A model generated the notes under the pieces. It was not told the DNA's origin. It made no database searches and saw only the letters and a program-made list of their open reading frames with translations. Both the position numbers and the translations under genes were made by a program. Below, piece after piece: positions 19,166 to 28,986 of a DNA stretch of 64,000 nt (position 1 is its first letter; each line of letters starts with the position of its first letter). Source of the stretch: a bacterium (GTDB lineage Bacteria; UBA8248; JACPRG01; G963555815). The stretch is taken from contig CBDHDG010000004.1 in NCBI GenBank assembly GCA_965261595.1, forward strand, positions 32,001 through 96,000. The letters run 5' to 3'.

Positions 19166-19350
19166 CTGCATATGATTGGCCGCTTGGCGTCATCTCAGAA
19201 GAATGGTTGATTGCTCTCTGGTTAGGCACTACACTTTCAAAGGAATGAAGCGATTCCCCTGGCCCGTTTGGAGGCGGGGAAAGCCGGAGGTTTTTGGCAG
19301 GTTCGGCCATATGTGATTGAAAATTATTGGTTAACACCCCTGGAGTCGAG

Positions 19351-22167
19351 ATGTTCGAATTAGTCAAAAAGATGGTGGGCACCAAGAACGACCGGCAGTT
19401 GAAGCGCCTCGCACACTACGTCGAGCGGACGAACGCGCTTGAGGCCGGGATGAAGGAGCTTTCGGACGAGGAGATCCGCGCCAAGACGGATGAGCTCCGG
19501 GGACGGCTGGCGGACGGTGAAACCTTGGAAAACCTGCTGCCGGAGGCCTTCGCGGCTTGCCGGGAGGTCGCGCGCCGCAAGGTCCATATGCGCCACTTCG
19601 ACGTCCAGATCCTCGGCGGCGTTGTCCTGCACGAAGGAAAGATCGCCGAGATGAAGACCGGCGAGGGCAAGACGCTCGTCGCGACGCTTGCGGTTTACAT
19701 CAACGCGCTGACCGGCAAGGGCGTCCACATCGTGACGGTCAACGACTACCTGGCCCACCGCGACGCCGACTGGATGGGACCGGTCTATGAAGGACTCGGT
19801 CTTACGGTGGGTGTGATCCAGCACGACATGGCCGACGAGGATCGCCAGGCGGCCTACGCCTGCGACGTTACGTACGGGACCAACAACGAGTTCGGGTTCG
19901 ATTATCTGCGCGACAACATGAAGTTCACCCCGGATGAAATGGTCCAGCGGAAGCTCCACTACGCCATTGTGGACGAGGTGGACAGCATCCTCATCGACGA
20001 GTCCCGCACACCCCTCATCATCTCCGGGCCGGCCGAGGAATCGACCGACCTGTACCACAAGATCGACCGCCTGATTCCTCCCATGCTCAAGGAGAAGGAG
20101 GACGCCGGGGAGGATGCGCCGCCCGAGGAGGAGCTTCCCGATTCCGAGAAGGACGCCATCAGCAAGATCAAGTACGCGTATCTCACCGTGGACGAGAAGA
20201 GCCGCACCGCCACGCTGAACGAGCTCGGCATGCCCGAGATGGAACAACGGCTGGAGAAGGCGGGGCTTCTGAAAGGGGACAGCCTCTTCGACCTGGAGAA
20301 CATCGAGAGCCTGCACCACGTCAATCAGGCGCTCAAGGCGCACGTCCTCTTCCAGCGGGACGTGGACTATGTTGTCCAGAACGGCGAGGTCATCATCGTC
20401 GACGAGTTCACCGGCCGGACGATGCCCGGCCGCAGATACAGCGAGGGGCTTCACCAGGCCCTCGAAGCCAAAGAGCACGTCAAAATCGAGAACGAAAACC
20501 AGACACTCGCCACCATCACCTTCCAGAACTACTTCCGGATGTACGACAAGCTGTCGGGCATGACCGGAACGGCCGACACCGAGGCGGCGGAATTCGCCCA
20601 GATCTATAACCTGGACGTTGTGGCGATCCCCACCAACGTGCCCCTCGTCCGGACCGAGTTTCCCGATGTGGTCTACCGGACGGAAGGGGAAAAATACCAA
20701 GCGGCCATCGACGAGCTCGCCGATTGCCATGAGCGCGGCCAGCCCGTTCTGGTCGGGACCGGCTCCATCGAGAACTCCGAGAAGGTCAGCAAGCTGCTCA
20801 AAAGACGCGGGGTCCCCCACAACGTGTTGAACGCGAAGCACCACGCCAATGAGGCCGACATCATCGCCCAGGCCGGCCGCCTGAAGGCCATCACGATCTC
20901 CACGAACATGGCCGGACGCGGGACGGACATCCTCCTCGGGGGCAACCCCGAGTTCCTGGCCAGGACGGCGGCGGACGCCGGTGAAGACGCGGATTACGAG
21001 AGGGAGCTGGAGAAGTATCATGCCGTCTGCGCCAAGGAGCACGACGACGTTGTGGCCCTCGGCGGTCTGCACGTCCTCGGCACGGAGCGGCACGAGAGCC
21101 GCCGGATCGACAACCAGCTCCGGGGCCGGTCCGGCCGGCAGGGGGATCCGGGCTCGTCCCGGTTTTACCTGTCGCTCGAGGACAATCTGCTCAGGATCTT
21201 CGGCTCGGACCGGATCAGCGGGATCATGGATAAACTGGGCATGGAGGAAGGAGAGCCCATCGAGCACAATATGGTGAGCAAGGCCATCGGCAACGCCCAG
21301 AAGAAGGTGGAGGCCTACCACTTCGATATCCGCAAACACCTCCTGGAATACGACGACGTGATGAACAAGCAGCGGGAGGTGATCTACGAGCAGCGCCAGC
21401 AGATCATCGCCGGGGAAAACAGCCGCGAAATGCTCTTCGGCATGATTGAGGACGTGGCCGAGTCGGCCGTCGGGCTGCACCTCAACGACACCCTTCACCC
21501 CGACGACTGGGATCTCGATGGGCTGGAGCAGGCCCTCGGGCGTCTGTTCGGCCTTCAGGTCGAACGCAAGGGGTTCATGCTCTCTCTGGACGGCAGCCCG
21601 GATTGGCTCAACATGGAGGAATCCTCCCCGGAGGAGGTGGCCGAGCAAGTCGTCGCCGCCGTTGAAAGGGCCTACGAAAAGAAAGAGTCCGAAATGGGCG
21701 CGGACACCCTGCGTTTTCTCGAACGCATGGTCATGCTCCAGATCGTCGACGACCAGTGGAAGGACCATCTGCTGGCCATGGACCACCTCAAGGAGGGGAT
21801 CGGCTTCCGGGGCTACGCGCAGAAGAACCCCCTCAACGAGTACAAGCGGGAAGGGTTCGATCTCTTCTCGGCCATGATGGGGCGGCTCAAGGAAGAGATC
21901 CCCCAATACCTTCTCCGGATTCAGGTCGATCCGGATGATGAGCAGTTGGGCGACGGATTTCTCGGCCGGCGGGCGGCCCGGATGGTCGAGCACCGGGGGG
22001 AAGAAATGTCGGTGGAGTCCTACGGCGGCGATGAAGACCTGATGACCAACACCTCCGAGCCCGGCGCCGTCCAGACTTACCGGCGCGAGGGGCGCAAGGT
22101 CGGCCGCAATGAGCCTTGCCCCTGCGGAAGCGGGAAGAAGTACAAGAACTGCCACGGAAGGAGCTGA
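19351..22167 (+). CDS. secA: Preprotein translocase subunit SecA
   Basis: [71 protein letters not shown]. Confidence 0.99.
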   Translation: MFELVKKMVGTKNDRQLKRLAHYVERTNALEAGMKELSDEEIRAKTDELRGRLADGETLENLLPEAFAACREVARRKVHMRHFDVQILGGVVLHEGKIAEMKTGEGKTLVATLAVYINALTGKGVHIVTVNDYLAHRDADWMGPVYEGLGLTVGVIQHDMADEDRQAAYACDVTYGTNNEFGFDYLRDNMKFTPDEMVQRKLHYAIVDEVDSILIDESRTPLIISGPAEESTDLYHKIDRLIPPMLKEKEDAGEDAPPEEELPDSEKDAISKIKYAYLTVDEKSRTATLNELGMPEMEQRLEKAGLLKGDSLFDLENIESLHHVNQALKAHVLFQRDVDYVVQNGEVIIVDEFTGRTMPGRRYSEGLHQALEAKEHVKIENENQTLATITFQNYFRMYDKLSGMTGTADTEAAEFAQIYNLDVVAIPTNVPLVRTEFPDVVYRTEGEKYQAAIDELADCHERGQPVLVGTGSIENSEKVSKLLKRRGVPHNVLNAKHHANEADIIAQAGRLKAITISTNMAGRGTDILLGGNPEFLARTAADAGEDADYERELEKYHAVCAKEHDDVVALGGLHVLGTERHESRRIDNQLRGRSGRQGDPGSSRFYLSLEDNLLRIFGSDRISGIMDKLGMEEGEPIEHNMVSKAIGNAQKKVEAYHFDIRKHLLEYDDVMNKQREVIYEQRQQIIAGENSREMLFGMIEDVAESAVGLHLNDTLHPDDWDLDGLEQALGRLFGLQVERKGFMLSLDGSPDWLNMEESSPEEVAEQVVAAVERAYEKKESEMGADTLRFLERMVMLQIVDDQWKDHLLAMDHLKEGIGFRGYAQKNPLNEYKREGFDLFSAMMGRLKEEIPQYLLRIQVDPDDEQLGDGFLGRRAARMVEHRGEEMSVESYGGDEDLMTNTSEPGAVQTYRREGRKVGRNEPCPCGSGKKYKNCHGRS

Positions 22168-22171
22168 GCCT

Positions 22172-22990
22172 TTGGGATTCAAGATCGCCGGCGTCCAAAT
22201 GCGCTGCACGCCCGACAAGGACCGAAACCTCAAACGGGCGATCGAGTTGGGCGACCTGGCCGCGGAGCAGGACGCCCGCGTCATCTGCTTTCAGGAGTTG
22301 TTCCACACCCACTGGTTTCCCCGCAACACCGACCCCGACGCCCACGACCTGGCCGAGTCCATCCCCGGCCCCTCGGTGGACCGCTTGGCCGCCGAGGCCC
22401 GGCGGTGGAACGCGGCCGTCATTGCGCCGATCTATGAGCGGGACGGCGACGGACGAGGATTCAACGCGGCCGCCGTCCTCGACGCGCAAGGGGACCTCAA
22501 GGGCGTCTACCGGAAGGTCCACGTGCCGCATTTCGACCTCTGGGAAGAGCGCTCCTATTTCGAGGCGGGAGATTCCGGGTTCCCGGTCTTCGACGTGGGG
22601 TTCGCCCGGATCGGCGTCCAGATCGGCTGGGACGTGTTCTTTCCCGAGGTCTCCCGGGCCCTGGCGCTGAACGGCGCGCAGATCATCGTCACCCCCACGG
22701 CCGCCGCCTTCGCCAGCCACCAGCGCTGGGAGACCGTCCTGCGCGCGCACGCCATCACCAACGGGGTCTACATCCTCCGGGTCAACCGGGTGGGAAGCGA
22801 AGAGGCGCACGACTTTTATGGGTCGAGCTTCTGTGTCAACCCGGAGGGAGATCTGATCGGAGAGCCCAGCGGCATGACGGACGGCGTACTTCTGGCCGAG
22901 ATCGACCTGGATGAGATCGACAGGGTCCGGAGCGAGTGGACCTACCTGGACGACCGCCGGCCGGACGCCTACGGCGCGCTTGTGAGTTGA
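22172..22990 (+). CDS. Carbon-nitrogen hydrolase (nitrilase superfamily, N-carbamoylputrescine amidase-like); catalytic Cys position reads Gly
   Basis: FQELF, YRKVHVP, GVQIGWDVFFPE, VNRVG, FYGSSF; TTG start inferred. Confidence 0.85.
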   Translation: MGFKIAGVQMRCTPDKDRNLKRAIELGDLAAEQDARVICFQELFHTHWFPRNTDPDAHDLAESIPGPSVDRLAAEARRWNAAVIAPIYERDGDGRGFNAAAVLDAQGDLKGVYRKVHVPHFDLWEERSYFEAGDSGFPVFDVGFARIGVQIGWDVFFPEVSRALALNGAQIIVTPTAAAFASHQRWETVLRAHAITNGVYILRVNRVGSEEAHDFYGSSFCVNPEGDLIGEPSGMTDGVLLAEIDLDEIDRVRSEWTYLDDRRPDAYGALVS

Positions 22991-23198
22991 GGATCCGCGA
23001 AATCTGTGTAATCCCCACCTGAGTTTGGACGGGGTCAGTGGATTCCATTTTTTGTCATTCCGAGCGAGGGGAGGGGTCGCCCCCGACGAGGAATCCCGCC
23101 GTGTGTGTCTTGACCTTCTCTTCTTCAATCTGTGTAATCTGTGGATTGCCCGGGCCTTTCGGTTTTTAGCCTCTCCCCATCCGTGTAATCTGTGGATA
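22991..23198. repeat. Composite intergenic repeat A
   Basis: Three ATCTGTGTA/ATCTGTGGAT 9-mer clusters plus a TGTCATTCCGAGC...GACGAGGAATC REP-like unit. Confidence 0.8.
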
Positions 23199-23221
23199 AA
23201 ACTCTGCACCCTGGAGGTCCC

Positions 23222-24469
23222 ATGAAATCCACCAAACATCTCCTCATCGGCGCCGGTCTGGCTTCCAACCGGGCGGCCAAGCAGCTTCGGGACAAGGACC
23301 CGGACGCCTCCATCACGCTGGTGGGCGAGGAGCCCGCCGCGCCGTACAACCGGCCCCCTTTGTCCAAAGAGTTCCTGCGCGGCGAGAAGGAAGAGGAAAA
23401 GCTCCTCCTCGATCCCGAGCGGATGTACAACGACAAGCGGATCGACCTTGTCCTCGGCGCCCCCGTCGAGGCGCTCGATCCGGCGGCCAAGACAGCAAAG
23501 ATCGCGGGCGGCGAGGAGATCCGGTTCGAGAAGGCCTTCATCGCGACCGGCGGCAGACCCATCCCCCTGCCGGTCCCCGGGGGCGATCTCCAAGGGGTTC
23601 ACTCCCTGCGGACCCTCGCGGACACGAAACGTATCGCGGCCGAGGCGGGTCCGGACAAGCGCGCGGTCATCGTCGGGGCCGGGTTCATCGGCATGGAGAT
23701 CGCCGCCTCCCTGACGCTGATGGGCGTCAAGGTGGACGTCATCGAGGCCGAATCCCGCATCTGGTCCCGCTTCACCGATGAGTCCCTGTCGGGATTTTTC
23801 GAGGGCTATTGCTCCGAACGGGGCGTCACGTTCCACACCGGCGAGCGGGTGGCCGAGATCCGGGGCGGGGGGGGAGGGGGGGGACGGGCTTCTTCGGTCG
23901 TCACGGAATCCGGCGTCGAGCTTCCGTGCGATTTCGTGTGCGTCGCCATCGGCATCGTCCCCAACGTCGAGCTGGCCCGGGACGCCGGCCTGGAGGTGGA
24001 GGACGGAATCGTCGTCAACGATCTCCTTCAGACATCGGACCCGGACATCTACGCCGGGGGCGACGCGGCCAACTACCCGGACCCGGTGTTCGGCAAGCGG
24101 CGGCGGGTGGAGCACTGGGGCCACGCCGGGTACTGCGGAACGCTCGCCGGGCAGAACATGGCCGGCGCGGAGAACCGGTATGACCACCTGACCTCCGTCT
24201 GGTCGGACGTCTTCGACCTCAAGCTCCTGTTCGCCGGCGACGAGAGCGAGTACGACCGGGTGCTCGTCCGGGGGAAATACGAGGACGGGTCCTTCACGGT
24301 TTTCTACCTGCGGGAAAACGTCATGCGGGCCTACTTCGGAATCAACGCCAACTTCAAAGAGCTTCGCACCTTCCAGGGGTTGATCCAATCGGGCCGGGAC
24401 CTCTCGGGGAAGGAAGCCCGGCTTCAGGATACGGCCTTCGATGTGAAAGATCTCCTTCCGGCTACGTGA
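23222..24469 (+). CDS. FAD/NAD(P)-dependent oxidoreductase, ferredoxin reductase-like
   Basis: IGAGLA, PYNRPPLSK, ATGG, VGAGFIGME, TSDPDIYAGGD, RRVEHW. Confidence 0.92.
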   Translation: MKSTKHLLIGAGLASNRAAKQLRDKDPDASITLVGEEPAAPYNRPPLSKEFLRGEKEEEKLLLDPERMYNDKRIDLVLGAPVEALDPAAKTAKIAGGEEIRFEKAFIATGGRPIPLPVPGGDLQGVHSLRTLADTKRIAAEAGPDKRAVIVGAGFIGMEIAASLTLMGVKVDVIEAESRIWSRFTDESLSGFFEGYCSERGVTFHTGERVAEIRGGGGGGGRASSVVTESGVELPCDFVCVAIGIVPNVELARDAGLEVEDGIVVNDLLQTSDPDIYAGGDAANYPDPVFGKRRRVEHWGHAGYCGTLAGQNMAGAENRYDHLTSVWSDVFDLKLLFAGDESEYDRVLVRGKYEDGSFTVFYLRENVMRAYFGINANFKELRTFQGLIQSGRDLSGKEARLQDTAFDVKDLLPAT

Positions 24470-24483
24470 TTAAAGGCTTTCTT

Positions 24484-24576
24484 ATCCACAGATTGCACAG
24501 ATTGAAGAGCAGGAAAATTCATAAGGGTTTGAATCACTGATTCTTCTCTTTTCTAAAATCTGCGTAATCTGTGGAT
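24484..24576. repeat. Intergenic repeat B: inverted pair of the 9-mer repeat
   Basis: ATCCACAGATTGCACAGATT (24484-24503) facing AATCTGCGTAATCTGTGGAT (24557-24576). Confidence 0.8.
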
Positions 24577-24609
24577 CAAAAGGGTCTGCCTTTTGTGGCT
24601 TGAAATGAT

Positions 24610-25368
24610 ATGAAATCCGCGGACCGATTCATCCTTCTCCTCACCGCCGCGCTCGTTCTGGCGGGGGGCTGCGCCGGCGTCGGGAACGTCCGGTTCCGGG
24701 TCGGGGAGAGGGAACACCAGGCCCTCATCAGCGTACCGAAAAAGGCAACGCCGCCTTATCCGGCGGTCATCTTCAACCACGGAATTCTTGTGGACCTCCA
24801 CGGCCTTTCCGGGGCGAAAGCCCGCGGCTATTCGCTGAACGCCTTTTGCCAGGCCCTCGCCGGGGACGGCTTCCTCGCCTTCCTTCCCGTCCGCAACGGC
24901 TTGGAGGCGCTTTCCACGCAGCTCGCGATCGTCTTGGGGGCTTATCGTCACGTCGGCGAGATGAAGAACGTGGACCCCGGCCGGCTTGCCGTGGCGGGTT
25001 TCTCGCGCGGGGCGCTTTTGACGCTCATCGCCGCCCGGCACGGCCTGGAGGCGAAGGCGTTCGTCCTCATGGCGATCGCTCCCGGCCCGAGGTCCGAGCT
25101 GGCCGCCGCCGGGGAGGATGTCTCACGCGTCCGCGCGCCCGTTCAGATCCTGCTCGCGACCGGGGATGACCGCTTCATCGTCAACGGCAGCCAGCGTTTG
25201 GCCGCCGCCTTCCGGAGGGTCGGCAAGCCCGTCGATTTTCACGAATATCCGGGCGGCCCGTTGAATTGCAAACCCGGCCCCGGCGCCCCGTGCGCCCACA
25301 AGCTCTTTTACACCGTCGGGGCCTACTGGTCCGACGTGAGGGATTTCCTGCAAAAGACCCTGAGATGA
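24610..25368 (+). CDS. Alpha/beta hydrolase (dienelactone hydrolase-like), probable lipoprotein
   Basis: Lipobox-like LAGGC, VIFNHG, GFSRG nucleophile elbow, late His (CAHKLF). Confidence 0.8.
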   Translation: MKSADRFILLLTAALVLAGGCAGVGNVRFRVGEREHQALISVPKKATPPYPAVIFNHGILVDLHGLSGAKARGYSLNAFCQALAGDGFLAFLPVRNGLEALSTQLAIVLGAYRHVGEMKNVDPGRLAVAGFSRGALLTLIAARHGLEAKAFVLMAIAPGPRSELAAAGEDVSRVRAPVQILLATGDDRFIVNGSQRLAAAFRRVGKPVDFHEYPGGPLNCKPGPGAPCAHKLFYTVGAYWSDVRDFLQKTLR

Positions 25369-25426
25369 TTCGCGGATTAAGGACGAAGTGAAATTCTCCG
25401 AGAACCCCGGGTTCTTGCTTTTTTCC

Positions 25427-25595
25427 AATCTGCGAAATCTGTGTAATCTGTGGATAAGTATCTGTTGGTGGCCGTTCTGTGGATTTCATTCTTGTCATTC
25501 CGAGCCAGAGACCGGCAGGGTCGCGACGAGGAATCTCGCCTTGCGCTTCTTGTTCTTGTCTTCCCCCATCTGCGCAATCTGTGTAATCTGTGGAT
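25427..25595. repeat. Composite intergenic repeat C
   Basis: AATCTGCGAAATCTGTGTAATCTGTGGAT, then TGTCATTCCGAGC...GACGAGGAATC, then ATCTGCGCAATCTGTGTAATCTGTGGAT. Confidence 0.85.
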
Positions 25596-25629
25596 CTAGA
25601 ATTGGAGGTTCCTCTTAAGGGCCGGGATA

Positions 25630-25920
25630 ATGGAATTAGACGAGATCCTGAAGCGGAAGCGGGCGGAGATCCTCCGCATTGCCGCCCGGCACGGGGCGCA
25701 CAACGTACGCCTTTTCGGCTCGGCCGCAAGGGCCGAGGCCGATGCGGCCAGCGACATCGATATCCTGGTGGACATGGCGCCCGACCGGAGCTTGCTGGAC
25801 TTGGGCGCGCTCTGGAGGGAGTTGAACGACCTTCTCGGCGTCAAAGTGGACGTAGTGACAGAGAAGGGCCTCCGCGACCGCATTCGCGATCGCGTCCTGA
25901 AGGAAGCGGTGTCTTTATGA
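25630..25920 (+). CDS. Minimal nucleotidyltransferase (MNT antitoxin)
   Basis: LFGSAAR...SDIDILV...KVDVVT. Confidence 0.92.
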   Translation: MELDEILKRKRAEILRIAARHGAHNVRLFGSAARAEADAASDIDILVDMAPDRSLLDLGALWRELNDLLGVKVDVVTEKGLRDRIRDRVLKEAVSL

Positions 25921-26039
25921 GGGATGAGCGCGAGCGGCTTCGACACATCTTGGAGGCCATTGAGCGGATTGAAAAATATGCCGTGCGTGGAGAGGAGGGA
26001 TTTCGGCGGGACGAGTTGGTCCAGAACTGGATGGTCCGG
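25917..26039 (+). pseudogene. HEPN/DUF86 toxin truncated by an IS3 end
   Basis: [45 protein letters not shown]-coupled to the MNT gene. Confidence 0.85.
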
Positions 26040-26375
26040 TGGACTTACCCCGGTTTCGTGGAGAGTTAAGCACTTGGGTTTTCAGGGTGTGCGTTGTTGT
26101 CTCCTTTCGTAGTTAACGGGTGACAGGTTGTCGATGGAGGAGTGCCGACGATGCGGGTTGTAGAAGCCCTCGATGAACCCGAACACCTCCATGCGCGCCT
26201 CGGCCCGGGTGCGGAAACTGTGGCGAGCGAGGAGCTCGCACTCCAGCGTGGCGAAAAAGCTCTCACACAGCGCGTTGTCGTAGCAGTCCCCGACCGAACC
26301 CATGGAGGGACGCACGCCCGCCTGCCGGCAGCGCTGCCCAAAGGCGACCGAGGTGTACTGCGTGCCCTGGTCGGA
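26040..26375 (-). mobile_element. IS3-family remnant (right end plus C-terminal integrase core), a different element from copies 1 and 2
   Basis: SDQGTQYTS, SMGSVGDCYDNALCESFFATLECE, FYNPHRRHS; terminus TGGACTTACCCCGGTTTCGTGGAGAG. Confidence 0.85.
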
Positions 26376-26502
26376 ATTGAAAAAAGAGAAAGGCAAGACA
26401 TACACGGCGGGATTCCTCGTCGGGACCCGGCGGCCCATGCGTCGGAGGACGCCACGCGTCGGTGGATGCTTTGCATCGGTGGATGCCTCGCTCGGAATGA
26501 CT
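26376..26502 (-). repeat. Intergenic repeat D (REP-like unit, reverse orientation)
   Basis: Reverse complement reads GTCATTCCGAGCGAGG...GACGAGGAATCCCGCCGTGTATGTCTTG, closely matching repeat A. Confidence 0.8.
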
Positions 26503-26585
26503 ACAAACCTTCAGGGGCGCATTGCGGAATGCGGGTATAATGACAGACGTGCATGGGCTGGCGGAAGGGGGAGGGGGGAGGAGAA

Positions 26586-26885
26586 ATGACGGGTGACGGG
26601 GCGGCAATCCTCGAAGAGCTGAAAAAACGCAAAGACGACCTGGCCGGGATGGGTGTCCGGCGGCTGGGGCTGTTCGGCTCCTCGGCAAGAAATCAGTCGG
26701 ATGAGACAAGCGACCTCGACTTCGTGGTTGAGTTCCACAAAAAATCCTTCGACGCATACATGGACCTGAAAGCCTACCTGGAAGAGCTTTTCGCCCGCAA
26801 GGTGGACCTGGTGCTCCGGGACGCCATCAAGCCGAGGCTCCGAGAACACATCCTGGCCGAGACCGTCGATGTCCCGGGACTATAA
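26586..26885 (+). CDS. Minimal nucleotidyltransferase (MNT antitoxin), second copy type
   Basis: LFGSSARN...SDLDFVVEF...RKVDLV. Confidence 0.92.
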   Translation: MTGDGAAILEELKKRKDDLAGMGVRRLGLFGSSARNQSDETSDLDFVVEFHKKSFDAYMDLKAYLEELFARKVDLVLRDAIKPRLREHILAETVDVPGL

Positions 26886-26977
26886 GGGTTTATCTGGAAG
26901 ACATCCTCGATGCGGCGAAAAGTGTCCGCGAGTACACGGCGGGCATGTCCCCGGAAGGGTTCTCTTCCATAGAATGA
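26869..26977 (+). pseudogene. HEPN/DUF86 toxin, frameshifted and truncated
   Basis: MSRDYK then (+1 G at about 26888) VYLEDILDAAKSVREYTAGMSPEGF, stopping just before repeat E. Confidence 0.8.
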
Positions 26978-26998
26978 AAGAGGCGAAAAACAAGGCAG

Positions 26999-27203
26999 TT
27001 TATCCACAGATTTCGCAGATTGGGGAAAGAGAAAATCAAGGCATAAAGTGCGAGAATCCCCGTCGGGGCGTACTCCCCCCTCGCTCGAAATGACAGGCGG
27101 TAAGGTGGGTTTTGGTTGATTCATAAATCTGCGTAATCTGTGAAATCTGTGGATCGCCATGGCCTTTCGGTTTTTCGCCTCCCCCAATCAGTAATCTGTG
27201 GAT
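26999..27203. repeat. Composite intergenic repeat E
   Basis: TTATCCACAGATTTCGCAGATT, reverse REP-like unit ending CGAAATGACA, then AATCTGCGTAATCTGTGAAATCTGTGGAT and a GGCCTTTCGGTTTTT(C/A)GCCTC block shared with repeat A. Confidence 0.85.
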
Positions 27204-28159
27204 TCAGGTTCTCCGTTGGCCTTCGCCGATGAGCGGGAGAACCGCCCCGAGGGGGCCGGCGTCGTCGCCCAGGCGGCCGGGCAGGACCTCCAAGAATTCG
27301 GTGACGGCCGGGAAAGCCCTGCGCTTCATCTCCGCCCGGGCCGGGTCCAGAATCGCGTCTCCCGCCCGGGAGACTCCGCCCGTCACGACGATCTTCTCCG
27401 GGTTGAACAGGTTGGCGAAGTTGGCGAGACCGATGCCGAGATATCTCCCGGTGTCCCGGAGGATGTCCGCGGCAAGGGCGTCCCCGCGCGCGCGGCGTCG
27501 GCGATCTCCTGAACGCCCAACTCAGGGCCGGGGGCGAGACCGCTTGCCCGCCCGGAGGCGAGGGCGTCGCGGAACCGGCGGAGGATTCCGTACGCCCCGA
27601 CGAAGGCTTCTAGGCACCCCCGGTTTCCGCACCGGCACGGAGGACCCTCCGGGTCGATCGTCGTATGGCCCCCTTCGCCGCCCATCCCGGCCCCGCCGCG
27701 CCAGACCTCGCTGTCGAGGATGAACCCCGTCCCGACGCCCGTCCCCAGGGTGACGACGACGAGGGCGCCTTTCCCCCCCGTCCCCGCGCCGCGCCAGCCC
27801 TCGCCGAGGGCGATGGCGTTGGCGTCGTTTTCGAGCAGGGTCGGGACGCCGAACGTCTCTTCGAGGAAGGGGCGGAGCGGAAAGCCCTCGAACGCCGGTA
27901 GGTTCGGCGAGGCCAGGATGGCCCGGCGGTCGCCGGACAGGACGCCCGCGCACCCGATCCCGGCGATCGGCTTCCCCTCCGCCGCCGATTCAACCAGGGC
28001 GGCGAGAGCGGCTCGGATCTCGGCGTTTCCTTCATCGGTTCCGACGGCCTCGGGCGATAGCCGGTGGACGCGGCTGAGGACCTCGCCGCCGGAGGAGATC
28101 AGCGAGGCTTTCAAGTTCGTTCCGCCGATATCGAGTCCGATATAGACCTTCTCGCGCAT
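27204..28159 (-). CDS. ROK-family sugar kinase (glucokinase-like); frameshift in a G run near 27483
   Basis: IGLDIGGT, ENDAN, TLGTGVG, EGGH, CRCGNRGCLE; C-terminus FNPEKIVVTGGV...LGDDAGPLGA in another frame. Confidence 0.9.
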
Positions 28160-28313
28160 GGCTGAATTCCTTTGCGAGTCCGGAACGGAGGAGCGGCGAT
28201 GGCGCCCGGAGCGGGGGGTGGGGGCGGCCCTTTGACGCATCTTGGCGCGAAGGCGTGATGTCGCGAAGGTGTGATATATAACACCCCGGGCGGATGAGGG
28301 GAGAATCCCGACT

Positions 28314-28922
28314 TTGGAAGTTCTACTCAATTTTTTTACAAGCCACACCGGGTGGCTGGTTTACGTCCTCCTGTTCGCCATTTTGTTCCTTTCCGGACTG
28401 GGCCTTCCGGTTCCCGAAGACGCGGTGCTCTTGTCCGGCGGGTTCCTGATCTATTTCGGTTACACGGAATATCTCCCGACCGTCGTGGTGATGTTCGTCG
28501 GGGTTTTGGCCGGCGACGTTCTGATCTTTACGATCGGCCGGAAGTGGGGGGCCGACGCCGTCCGCCACAAGAGCGTCAAGCATCTCCTCACGCCGAAACG
28601 GCTGGCCCGCGTTCAGAGACATTTCGAGAAATCCGGGACGATGACGATCCTGCTGGCCCGGTTTCTGATGGGGCTTCGGGCGGCGACGTACCTGTTGGCG
28701 GGGTCGATGCGGATGCCGTTCCGGCAGTTCTTCTGGCTGGATTTTCTGGCGGCCCTGGTGAGCGTGCCGCTGGTCAGTTATCTGGGTTACGTGTTCGCCC
28801 CGCAGTTGGAAACCCTCCTGGGGTTTCTCCGCCGCGTCGAGGTGCTCATCCTCATCGCTGTCTTGGTGGGGGCGGGCGTCTTTTACTGGCGCCGCCGCTC
28901 CAGAAAGAGTGAGGCCGTCTGA
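28314..28922 (+). CDS. DedA-family membrane protein
   Basis: GLGLPVPED, GDVLIFTIGR, ARFLMGLR. Confidence 0.9.
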   Translation: MEVLLNFFTSHTGWLVYVLLFAILFLSGLGLPVPEDAVLLSGGFLIYFGYTEYLPTVVVMFVGVLAGDVLIFTIGRKWGADAVRHKSVKHLLTPKRLARVQRHFEKSGTMTILLARFLMGLRAATYLLAGSMRMPFRQFFWLDFLAALVSVPLVSYLGYVFAPQLETLLGFLRRVEVLILIAVLVGAGVFYWRRRSRKSEAV

Positions 28923-28986
28923 GCAACGGGGCGGCCGTCCAGGGGGGAAGGGGGAGGGGGGGGGCGACAGTCCCGTGAGAGTCGGA

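Noticed and set aside
19360..24388. Long antisense ORFs (974 aa and 833 aa) and similar shadow ORFs such as 44023-47292, 2939-4861 and 56667-58376
   Set aside because: They overlap well-supported genes, have no motifs, and are expected in high-GC DNA.
22991..27204. Repeats as a CRISPR array or as oriC (they contain TTATCCACA DnaA-box matches)
   Set aside because: Units are degenerate, in both orientations and separated by whole genes, with no cas genes. The DnaA-box matches are dispersed by-products of the ATCTGTGGAT(AA) end, with no dnaA/dnaN nearby.
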